Positions 10,715-18,321 of a stretch of 64,000 nt of DNA are shown one piece after another. Under the pieces are notes generated by a model. It made no database searches. It had not been told where the DNA came from and saw only the letters and a program-made list of their open reading frames with translations. Source of the stretch: a virus (Duplodnaviria; Caudoviricetes); IMG/VR virus record IMGVR_UViG_3300028591_000180, positions 1 through 64,000 of that record. One strand, given 5' to 3'. A program made the position numbers and the translations under genes. Every line of letters starts with the position of its first letter. Positions within the stretch are counted from its first letter, which is position 1.

Positions 10715-11040
10715 GATTGATTAATGCGGATAAATTGAGGAAAGATGTGCTTGACCTGCCGAATTGTTACAACGGGTTTAGCGATACTTATGACAAGGCA
10801 CTGATTTTAGACCTTGTTGATGAACAACAGACAGTAGATAGCAAGCCATACGTATCGTTTGAACAGTATGCTGAAGAACGTGATTTTGTCGAGGTAGTAC
10901 GATGCAAGGACTGCAAGTGGTGGAAGACAAATTATGTATGGGACGGGAATGAGCGTAAGATTTGTGCGAGAGAAGCATATGAACCATTTAGAAAAGCCGA
11001 AGATTTCTGTTCAAGAGGAGAAAGAAAATGCAGAGATTGA
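10711..11040 (+). CDS. MRLIDAD-family protein with CKDCKW...FCSRGE zinc motif
   Basis: MRLINADKL...VVRCKDCKWW...C...DFCSRGERK; ends in TGA. Confidence 0.8.
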   Translation: MRLINADKLRKDVLDLPNCYNGFSDTYDKALILDLVDEQQTVDSKPYVSFEQYAEERDFVEVVRCKDCKWWKTNYVWDGNERKICAREAYEPFRKAEDFCSRGERKCRD

Positions 11041-11288
11041 TTGACTTAGATAAAATGATGACAATTTATGATGAAGATAACAATGCTGTTATTTTTGGCA
11101 ACTTAGAAGCCGCAGAAGTTAAAGCAATCCCAGTTGAATGGCTGATGAAAAAAGCAGATGAGTATGCATCTATGGAAGTCACAAAAAATGGTGAACCATA
11201 TATGTTCACAATGCAAGAAGTAGCGGGGATGATAATTTTATTATCAAGGGAATGGAGAAAAGAAAATGAGGCCAAAGCTAAGCATTAA
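11028..11288 (+). CDS. MRLIDAD-family protein
   Basis: MQRLIDLDK...KAIPVEW...EWRKENE. Confidence 0.8.
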   Translation: MQRLIDLDKMMTIYDEDNNAVIFGNLEAAEVKAIPVEWLMKKADEYASMEVTKNGEPYMFTMQEVAGMIILLSREWRKENEAKAKH

Positions 11289-11496
11289 AGTAATTGATAG
11301 TGATACTGGTATCGAGCTAGATAAAGTAGATAAATTGATTGAACCAACAAAATTTAATTATGGGTTTATTGGTGATATGATGTATAGAACGTATAGATGG
11401 GATTTTGCGTATACAATAACAGATGATTACGCTTTACAATTAGAAGAAAAGATGGAAAAAGAAAAGATAGAGAGAGAAAATGAGACTGATTCTTAA
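11266..11496 (+). CDS. hypothetical protein (cassette array)
   Basis: Junction start; ends ERENETDS. Confidence 0.7.
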   Translation: MRPKLSIKVIDSDTGIELDKVDKLIEPTKFNYGFIGDMMYRTYRWDFAYTITDDYALQLEEKMEKEKIERENETDS

Positions 11497-11626
11497 ACTG
11501 ATTAAGAAAATCAAGCACAAAAGGTTCTGCAAGTTAAATGGGTATAAATGCCCAGACTGTATATATCATGAATGGAAATGGGAAGGTACAACATTTAGAG
11601 GAAATAGGTGTAGATATGGAAGTTAA
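11480..11626 (+). CDS. 48-aa Cys-containing peptide (MRLI start)
   Basis: MRLILKLIKKIKHKRFCKLNGYKCPDCIYHEW...; fills the gap between neighbours; not in the ORF track. Confidence 0.6.
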   Translation: MRLILKLIKKIKHKRFCKLNGYKCPDCIYHEWKWEGTTFRGNRCRYGS

Positions 11627-11981
11627 TGAATTACTAGAAAAAGGTTATAAAGAATATTCTCCAAATGCAGAATTTGAAGTAGGAGTTAATAGAGTATTTC
11701 AGAAGAGATTCGATGATGACTTTGGTAAAAGGTATTTTATTACTGTACGCACTTTTAAACCTTGGACACACCCATATACCCACGAAGAATTTACTTCAGA
11801 ACCAGAATTTGATATTCAGTTATATTCTAGTGATGGACATAAACCTTTAAACTTAAAGTTCTTCTCTGGCTGGTCTATCGATGAAGTAGAAAATTATGTA
11901 TTAAAGATCTTTAATTTACACGATTTAGAAGGAAAGCATGCCCGAATGTTTGATTGGTATGAAACTTGGGAGGAAAGATAA
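11616..11981 (+). CDS. hypothetical protein
   Basis: ATG 11616 after AGGTG; track ORF over-extended upstream. Confidence 0.7.
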   Translation: MEVNELLEKGYKEYSPNAEFEVGVNRVFQKRFDDDFGKRYFITVRTFKPWTHPYTHEEFTSEPEFDIQLYSSDGHKPLNLKFFSGWSIDEVENYVLKIFNLHDLEGKHARMFDWYETWEER

Positions 11982-12169
11982 TGAGATGCGATAAATGTGG
12001 AAGAAGATTTGAAGATGATTGGACACCTCAAGATAACTGGCCAAAATATGATATCGTTCAAAAATGTGGTGTTAATAGTCATATTAGTAAGATATATCTT
12101 TGTGATGAATGCAGCAAAAAATTAAGAGAATGGTTGGAGAAAGAAAATGAGACTAATAGATGCAGATAA
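11981..12169 (+). CDS. zinc-finger protein
   Basis: MRCDKCG...LCDECS; ends EWLEKENET. Confidence 0.75.
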   Translation: MRCDKCGRRFEDDWTPQDNWPKYDIVQKCGVNSHISKIYLCDECSKKLREWLEKENETNRCR

Positions 12170-12491
12170 GTTAATAACTGAAATTCTTACAATCGATTTA
12201 ATTGACGATGATAAGCCAATTGACAAAGGTATATTAAACGCACCAACAGTAGAAGCAATTCCAATTGATTATATGTTAACAAAAGCACAAGAGTGGCTTA
12301 TCGATCGTTCTATTACAGGAAGTGAAATGAAGTTTCTTAGAGATCTTATTAAAGAGTGGAAAGCAGATGAGACTAAGTATCTTGACTATAAAAATAGCCT
12401 GGATAATTGGGAGAATGAAAATGGTCCCATTAAGGAGCCATCAATCGTTCCTTATGAGATTCAAGAATTAGATCCCTTTAAGGAGAGATAA
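12147..12491 (+). CDS. MRLIDAD-family protein
   Basis: MRLIDADKL...APTVEAIPI. Confidence 0.8.
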   Translation: MRLIDADKLITEILTIDLIDDDKPIDKGILNAPTVEAIPIDYMLTKAQEWLIDRSITGSEMKFLRDLIKEWKADETKYLDYKNSLDNWENENGPIKEPSIVPYEIQELDPFKER

Positions 12492-12494
12492 GTA

Positions 12495-12719
12495 ATGGAT
12501 AATTATAGACAGTTCTCAAACATTGACTCACACTATTATACTAAATACGACCAGACAGATGCTAAAGACTACTCTGATTATGGCATTCCGCTTCATATTT
12601 CACAAAATGAACCCATAGTAATTACATCAGATGCTGTTTTCATTAAGCCTTTAAAGTTAGTTGTATTGACAGAAGATGTTTATAATAAACTGAAGGAGAA
12701 AGAAAATGAGACTAATTAA
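12495..12719 (+). CDS. hypothetical protein (cassette array)
   Basis: Ends KEKENETN. Confidence 0.7.
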   Translation: MDNYRQFSNIDSHYYTKYDQTDAKDYSDYGIPLHISQNEPIVITSDAVFIKPLKLVVLTEDVYNKLKEKENETN

Positions 12720-12936
12720 TGTTGATAATTTACATCTTAATTTATGGGTACCTTCAAAGAATAATGAGATTGTAAAAGCGTTTGAAAATAGTGTTATTGA
12801 TGCTTTAAATAGACAGCTGACAGTAGAAGCAATACCAATTGAGTGGATTAGGAATTGGGAAGAAAAAAACTGGGAGTTAGAGTGTAATTACGGTATTGAT
12901 GAAATGATTGAAGATTGGAGGGAAGAAAATGAATAG
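12706..12936 (+). CDS. MRLIDAD-family protein
   Basis: MRLINVD...TVEAIPIEW...DWREENE. Confidence 0.8.
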   Translation: MRLINVDNLHLNLWVPSKNNEIVKAFENSVIDALNRQLTVEAIPIEWIRNWEEKNWELECNYGIDEMIEDWREENE

Positions 12937-13435
12937 AATGTATTTTAGTAAAGAAGATGTTGAAGCCGGTTTAATGACTAAGCTTATCAATTATTTATGT
13001 CAGTACTCTTATCAGAGTGGCCCTAAAGATTTTGCCCATTATAATGATATTCATATTATGCCTGATGATTGTGAAGCTTTCGTAGTTGAATGGGAGCAGG
13101 CACCTTGGTCACATAACTATGGTGGGCACTTTGAATTTGTAGATGAAGATCAGGTGGTATGTAATGAGGTAGAGTTCCCGGATAAACATTTTGAATATAC
13201 TCCTGAAAATCCTAATGAAGCCATTAAAGAATGGCTTGCTGACAATCCAGGTTGGTACAAAGATGAGTGTGGACAATGGCAGTATAGCGATCAAATTGAT
13301 GACTTCCTTAAGGATATTTTTGGTCCGCAGTTTAGTCCACAGAAACCTGAAAACAAATTAAACCAATGGCTTGATGAAAATGATGATTGGCATGAAGATT
13401 CTGAAGGGAATTGGGTAAATAAAAATGAGGTATAA
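12929..13435 (+). CDS. acidic Trp-rich hypothetical protein
   Basis: ATG 12929 in a junction variant; internal repeat WLADNPGW / WLDENDDW. Confidence 0.75.
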   Translation: MNRMYFSKEDVEAGLMTKLINYLCQYSYQSGPKDFAHYNDIHIMPDDCEAFVVEWEQAPWSHNYGGHFEFVDEDQVVCNEVEFPDKHFEYTPENPNEAIKEWLADNPGWYKDECGQWQYSDQIDDFLKDIFGPQFSPQKPENKLNQWLDENDDWHEDSEGNWVNKNEV

Positions 13436-13437
13436 AT

Positions 13438-13731
13438 TTGAAGATGATTGATATTGTAACAGTAGGAAAGAAAGAGTATTATATTAAGAAGGCTTATCCT
13501 AATGGAGATCTGAAGCTTTCACCAGTTAACAGAATAGACGATTTAAGAAGTGAGCTAAAAGATTATACCAGTGAAGAATTAATGTGGGCAGCTGTACAAC
13601 AGGCGAAAGAAACGGGATCAGCTACTAAATTTAGAGAAGAGATCCCTGAAGATGAAGATAAATTCAAAGATGTAATTATTGGTAAGCCAATGAATTTTTT
13701 TACTGGGGAAGTTGAAGAAGATGATGATTAA
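13438..13731 (+). CDS. hypothetical protein
   Basis: 97-aa ORF after GAGG. Confidence 0.65.
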   Translation: MKMIDIVTVGKKEYYIKKAYPNGDLKLSPVNRIDDLRSELKDYTSEELMWAAVQQAKETGSATKFREEIPEDEDKFKDVIIGKPMNFFTGEVEEDDD

Positions 13732-14200
13732 GGGTTTAACTGATGAAGATTTCTTACAGTACAAAAAGCCAGCAATGTTTATTATTTCTCCTTATTGTAC
13801 TTTTAAATGTGACAAAGAGAATGGATCTCAGTACTGCCAAAACTGGTCATTATCCAAAGTAAAAATATCTAATGTCTCTAATGATCATATTATTAAAAGA
13901 TATTTGAATGATGATATAACAAAAGCTATTGTCTTTGGCGGCCTTGAACCAATGGATAGTTTTGAAGAAGTCTTTTCTTTTATTGATAGCTTACGAAATA
14001 AGTATGAATGCAATGATGATGTGGTTATCTATACCGGGTATACAGAGGAAGAAATAGCAGACAAGATTAACTATCTTAAAAATTTTAAAAATATCATAGT
14101 TAAGTTTGGGAGATATAGGCCTAACCAGCAACCGCATTACGATGAAGTACTGGGTGTTCCATTAGCCTCAGATAATCAGCATGCTGTGAAGATTAGTTAA
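13721..14200 (+). CDS. nrdG: anaerobic RNR activating enzyme (radical SAM)
   Basis: CTFKCDKE...CQN cysteine cluster, GGLEP, YTGY and KFGRY motifs of phage NrdG-like proteins. Confidence 0.85.
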   Translation: MMIKGLTDEDFLQYKKPAMFIISPYCTFKCDKENGSQYCQNWSLSKVKISNVSNDHIIKRYLNDDITKAIVFGGLEPMDSFEEVFSFIDSLRNKYECNDDVVIYTGYTEEEIADKINYLKNFKNIIVKFGRYRPNQQPHYDEVLGVPLASDNQHAVKIS

Positions 14201-14201
14201 G

Positions 14202-14250
14202 TTTACAGCTAAAGGCCTATCTTATATAATTATATTGTAAATAAAGGAGG
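14202..14250 (+). promoter_or_regulatory. early promoter
   Basis: TTTACA-N17-TATAAT-TATATTGTAAATAAAGGAGG. Confidence 0.8.
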
Positions 14251-14257
14251 CCCGTAT

Positions 14258-14431
14258 ATGAAACTTAAACCCTGGGTAGAAAAGACTTTAACTGTTATTA
14301 ATATTATTATTGGAATATTTTTAATTTCAATTGATGATTTTTCATTATCTTGGGAAGCCTTAATTTTCTTGGCTGTTTCTATTGGTATTTTCTACTTTAA
14401 TGGAAAGGTGTTATTAGAATATGGAAAATAG
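14258..14431 (+). CDS. small membrane protein (2 TM)
   Basis: 57 aa, hydrophobic, after GGAGG; not in the ORF track. Confidence 0.65.
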   Translation: MKLKPWVEKTLTVINIIIGIFLISIDDFSLSWEALIFLAVSIGIFYFNGKVLLEYGK

Positions 14432-14588
14432 AATGATTCCTGTTTCCTACATTGAAAAAATCATTACCATTTTGGAGAAATACCAAGAAGATGGACTTCC
14501 TTCAGAAGATGTAATGCCACAAATACGTTGCCTTAAGAGTTTGATTCGTGAGTGGGAACTTGACTGTGAAAGCTATAAGGAAAATTAA
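14421..14588 (+). CDS. hypothetical protein related to the AIPIEW module
   Basis: MENRMIPVSYIEK...LIREWE, 55 aa; not in the ORF track. Confidence 0.55.
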   Translation: MENRMIPVSYIEKIITILEKYQEDGLPSEDVMPQIRCLKSLIREWELDCESYKEN

Positions 14589-14618
14589 AAAGAATAAGTT
14601 AGTGAAGAGGTTTAGTTA

Positions 14619-14882
14619 GTGAGTACTATGCATTTTATCCAAGATTATTCTAGGTCTAAATTTATTAATTGTGACCAGATTGTTTCTATTCGGAAAATAA
14701 ACATGAAGTCTAATACTGGGTATGAAGATCAGTGGTTCGTTAAAGATATTTCAGGTGATATAACTAGAATTTCTGTTTATTCACTAAAGAAATTACTTGA
14801 TTGGCCAGCTGGATATGTTTTCTGGTCTTCTGAGGAAGATAAGGAGCGTGGACTAGATGGAATTGAAATTCCTGAATTCTAA
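14619..14882 (+). CDS. hypothetical protein
   Basis: GTG start after GAGG. Confidence 0.65.
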   Translation: MSTMHFIQDYSRSKFINCDQIVSIRKINMKSNTGYEDQWFVKDISGDITRISVYSLKKLLDWPAGYVFWSSEEDKERGLDGIEIPEF

Positions 14883-15060
14883 TGGTGAAGAAAAGTTGTT
14901 AGGATCATTTAATTCAAAAGAAGAATGTCTACAAGCTGTTAATAAATTTTTAGAAGATCATAACTATAAATCTTATTATACTAGATCATGGATACAAGAT
15001 GGAGTTACCTGGCTGGATGTAGGATCATGGTCTGAATTTTTTCTAATTTATCCAGATTAG
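14857..15060 (+). CDS. conserved small phage protein (DVGSWSEFF family)
   Basis: YKSYYTRSW...LDVGSWSEFF. Confidence 0.7.
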   Translation: MELKFLNSNGEEKLLGSFNSKEECLQAVNKFLEDHNYKSYYTRSWIQDGVTWLDVGSWSEFFLIYPD

Positions 15061-15073
15061 ATGGGAGGTAATT

Positions 15074-15568
15074 ATGGGATTAGATTTTAGTATTTATGCA
15101 AAGAACCATGAAGGTGAAGATCTTGAATTAGCCTATGGACGTAAGAGTTGGGAATTAGTTTATGAATTAGTTGGTGATGACTATGGCGGATACCTAGACG
15201 ACAGTAAAACAGAATGGCGATGGCCTCTGATTACAATTGAAGACTGGGATAGATTAATGGAAAAGCTTAATAAGATTGGCCCTAAGCTTGATGAGATCCA
15301 TGAGGCCTATCATGGGTTAAATATTTGGCCAGATAACTGGGTAGATGACAATGGAGATATGACTCCTAAAATGAGAGAGCTCTTCGGTAAATATTGTGAC
15401 CTTTGCTTTGAATATGAAATGTGGTATAATCAGAATTTCGACACTGCTCCTACATTGGGGTATGATTTCTCAGTCTTTTATATGAAAACCTTCTATGAAG
15501 CTGACAAAGAAGTTAGAAAATATCTAAATGACCCCAATTGGGAAGTATATGCTGTAGTAAGCTATTAG
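15074..15568 (+). CDS. hypothetical protein, paralog of 8243..8767
   Basis: Shared conserved blocks; GGAGG RBS. Confidence 0.8.
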   Translation: MGLDFSIYAKNHEGEDLELAYGRKSWELVYELVGDDYGGYLDDSKTEWRWPLITIEDWDRLMEKLNKIGPKLDEIHEAYHGLNIWPDNWVDDNGDMTPKMRELFGKYCDLCFEYEMWYNQNFDTAPTLGYDFSVFYMKTFYEADKEVRKYLNDPNWEVYAVVSY

Positions 15569-15579
15569 GAGGAAGAAAT

Positions 15580-15876
15580 ATGTACATTGAGTATTTAGGC
15601 AGAGAACTTTATGATAAGATAAATAAATTGATTAGTAAGGCATTTTACAAGGTATATACTAAAAGTGATAATAATTGGTTTGACATTGATGCAATTAGAA
15701 TTGATTATAGCACTGTCGAATCAGATACTGATTTACCCTTTGTTGAAGTAGATGTCAAGTGTGGAACGACCTTCGATGGAGATTATAAGGTCACTCTCGA
15801 GTTTGCTCTTGAAGAAACTGACGACTTCAATGTTGGTAGATTTTATTCAACATTTGTAAATTATGAAGCTGAGTAA
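15580..15876 (+). CDS. hypothetical protein
   Basis: ATG 15580 after GGAGG. Confidence 0.7.
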   Translation: MYIEYLGRELYDKINKLISKAFYKVYTKSDNNWFDIDAIRIDYSTVESDTDLPFVEVDVKCGTTFDGDYKVTLEFALEETDDFNVGRFYSTFVNYEAE

Positions 15877-16027
15877 AGAAGAAGCTTATAAGCGCTATTT
15901 AGATAGTGGATTTGAGAATATAATGCCATTCAAATCAAGGTTTGAATTTGATTATATAAAATTATTAAAAGAAGAAGGTATCATCATTGAAGAAGAGAGT
16001 AGTATACACGACACTGATAAAAAATAA
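15863..16027 (+). CDS. hypothetical protein
   Basis: 54-aa ORF MKLSKEEAYKRYL...; not in the ORF track. Confidence 0.45.
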   Translation: MKLSKEEAYKRYLDSGFENIMPFKSRFEFDYIKLLKEEGIIIEEESSIHDTDKK

Positions 16028-16247
16028 TCCTTGGTACGAATTTGACTCTGAATGGGCTACATATAAAGGTGTTTCTAGGGATGAGATTAAGAGACTGGGA
16101 GAAGCTTGCCTTGATTGCTGGGTAGCAGAGATGGCTGATAGTTATATGATTACATCAAGTGAGCAAAGAGCAGCAAAGCATAGGGTTAAAGATCTTTTAG
16201 ATAAGTATAATTTAGAAATAATTGGCTCAGAAATTGTTGAAAAGTAA
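15987..16247 (+). CDS. hypothetical protein
   Basis: TTG start after GAAGG. Confidence 0.6.
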   Translation: MKKRVVYTTLIKNNPWYEFDSEWATYKGVSRDEIKRLGEACLDCWVAEMADSYMITSSEQRAAKHRVKDLLDKYNLEIIGSEIVEK

Positions 16248-16277
16248 TTTACCTGTAAACTAATGATTAAACTGTTC

Positions 16278-16334
16278 AAGAAGTATTTTGGAATACTTCT
16301 TTTTAGTTTATGCTAATATTATTTGTGATATAAT
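16278..16334 (+). promoter_or_regulatory. terminator followed by promoter of the topoisomerase B gene
   Basis: AAGAAGTATT/AATACTTCTT hairpin + T-tract; TAGTTTATG...TATAAT(16329). Confidence 0.7.
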
Positions 16335-16357
16335 TATAGTAGGCAGGAGGTAATAGT

Positions 16358-18271
16358 ATGGCCAAGAAGGATAAGACAAAATATACTGATGACAGTATTA
16401 TAACTTTAAATCCAAGAGATTTTACTCGGTTAAGACCTTCAACTTATTTAGGTTCAAATGAATATAGTACTCAGTTAGTTAGAGAAGTATTCAGTAACTC
16501 CTTAGATGAAGTATTAATTGGTCATGGAAATCAGATTGATGTTAGTATTAATACTCAAGCAAATATTTACCGAATTGATGACTATGGACAGGGTTTTCCA
16601 ATTAATGTAGTAAAGGGTGACCGTACTGTTTTACAGGCTGCTTTTGATACCATAAATACTAGTGGTAAGTATACTGACGATGGTGTATATGGTGGAGTAT
16701 CACTTGGAACAAATGGAATTGGTTCTAAGCTTACTAACTTCTTATCTAAGTGGTTAGAAGTAGTTTCTTACAATGAAAAGGGTGAATTTGAACACATCAG
16801 ATTTGAAGATGGTATCTTTAAATGGAGACAGACTGGCAAGGCTGACAGAGGCTCAGGTACTATTGTTACCTGGGAACCAGACCCTCAGTTTTTTCAGAAT
16901 TCATCGGCTAACTTATCTGATCTAAAGAAACTATTCAATGACATTTCAGGTTTATGTCCTGGAGTCAGTATAGTTTTAAGTGTTGATGATAAAGCTGAAA
17001 CATTCTTATCACAAAATGGATTGAACGACTTGCTTAACTCTAAGGTAAAGGGTAAAGAGTTATTACAGAATAGATTTGTGTGCAGGAAAGAAGAAAACAA
17101 CCAATTATTTGATATAGCTTTAACTTATACAAGTGATTATTCAGATAGTATTGCTGCTTACGTTAACTATGGTTTAACTGAAAGCGGAATCCACATCAAT
17201 ACTCTGAAATCTTTATTCACTAAACTAATTAATAAGTATGCTACTGATAATGGTATTATAAAGAAAGAAGAAGATGAATTTTCTTCTTCTGAATTATCGG
17301 AAGGCTTTACCGCTATCTTTAATATCAAGACTACAAATGTAAGTTATGATAGCCAGACTAAGACAAGAGTAGTAGATCTGAATCGTAGCCTTCTTACTTC
17401 TACCCTGAGAAGTGAATTACCTGCTTGGTTATTAAATAATCCTAAGGATGCAAAGTTAATCATAGACAGAGCCCTAAATGCCAGGAAAGCAAGAGAAGCA
17501 GCTCAGAATGCTAAAGAAAGAATCAGGAATGCTACAACTAGAGGGAAGAAGTTTATCTCTTTACCTACTAAACTAGTCGATGCTTGGTCAAAAAAGAGAG
17601 CCGATTGTGAACTTTTCATTACCGAGGGTGATAGTGCAGCTAATGGCTTAATAGCTAAAAGAAACGGTGAGACTCAGGCTGTATTCCCTATCAGAGGTAA
17701 GATTCTTTCTTGCCGCAAAGCTACAATGGATAAGGTATATGCTAACCAGGAAATATCTAATATTGTTAAGGCTCTAGGATTAGACATTGAAAAGTCTACT
17801 GGTAAATTAATCTATGAGGCAAAGAAACTAAGGTATGGAAAAATAATCTTCGCTTGTGATGGAGACCCAGATGGTCATGATATTAGATTACTTCTATTAA
17901 ACGCCTTCTGGTGGTTATGCCCTGAGCTCGTAGAGAATGGCCATATCTGGGTAGCAATACCGCCTCTGTACCGTATTACTGACAAGAATAATAATTATAT
18001 TTACCTAACTGGTGATAAAGAATTAGAGGAGTATAAGAAGGATCACAAGACCGGGTATATTTTAAATAGGATGAAGGGATTGGGTGAGAGCTCACCCGAT
18101 GAGTTAGCAGGTTATTTACTTAGACCGACAAGTAGAAATATCCACCAGATAGTATCACCTTCATTTAAAGAAACTGATGATTTGCTGGAATGCTTCATGG
18201 GATCTAAGGTTGAAACTAGGCGAGAATATTTATTAGATCATTATAGCGATGTGGAGGTAAGCGTTGAATAG
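16358..18271 (+). CDS. gyrB: type IIA DNA topoisomerase subunit B (GyrB/ParE-like)
   Basis: GHKL ATPase motifs (EVFSNSLDE, DDYGQGFP, GTNGIG); TOPRIM EGDSA, PIRGKIL, DGDPDG; RMKGLGE. Confidence 0.95.
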   Translation: MAKKDKTKYTDDSIITLNPRDFTRLRPSTYLGSNEYSTQLVREVFSNSLDEVLIGHGNQIDVSINTQANIYRIDDYGQGFPINVVKGDRTVLQAAFDTINTSGKYTDDGVYGGVSLGTNGIGSKLTNFLSKWLEVVSYNEKGEFEHIRFEDGIFKWRQTGKADRGSGTIVTWEPDPQFFQNSSANLSDLKKLFNDISGLCPGVSIVLSVDDKAETFLSQNGLNDLLNSKVKGKELLQNRFVCRKEENNQLFDIALTYTSDYSDSIAAYVNYGLTESGIHINTLKSLFTKLINKYATDNGIIKKEEDEFSSSELSEGFTAIFNIKTTNVSYDSQTKTRVVDLNRSLLTSTLRSELPAWLLNNPKDAKLIIDRALNARKAREAAQNAKERIRNATTRGKKFISLPTKLVDAWSKKRADCELFITEGDSAANGLIAKRNGETQAVFPIRGKILSCRKATMDKVYANQEISNIVKALGLDIEKSTGKLIYEAKKLRYGKIIFACDGDPDGHDIRLLLLNAFWWLCPELVENGHIWVAIPPLYRITDKNNNYIYLTGDKELEEYKKDHKTGYILNRMKGLGESSPDELAGYLLRPTSRNIHQIVSPSFKETDDLLECFMGSKVETRREYLLDHYSDVEVSVE

Positions 18272-18300
18272 TTTACCTCTTTTCTTGAGGATGATATAAT
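18272..18300 (+). promoter_or_regulatory. early promoter of the topoisomerase A gene
   Basis: TAG-TTTACC-N17-TATAAT. Confidence 0.7.
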
Positions 18301-18321
18301 TATAGTGTGGAGGTAAATAAT

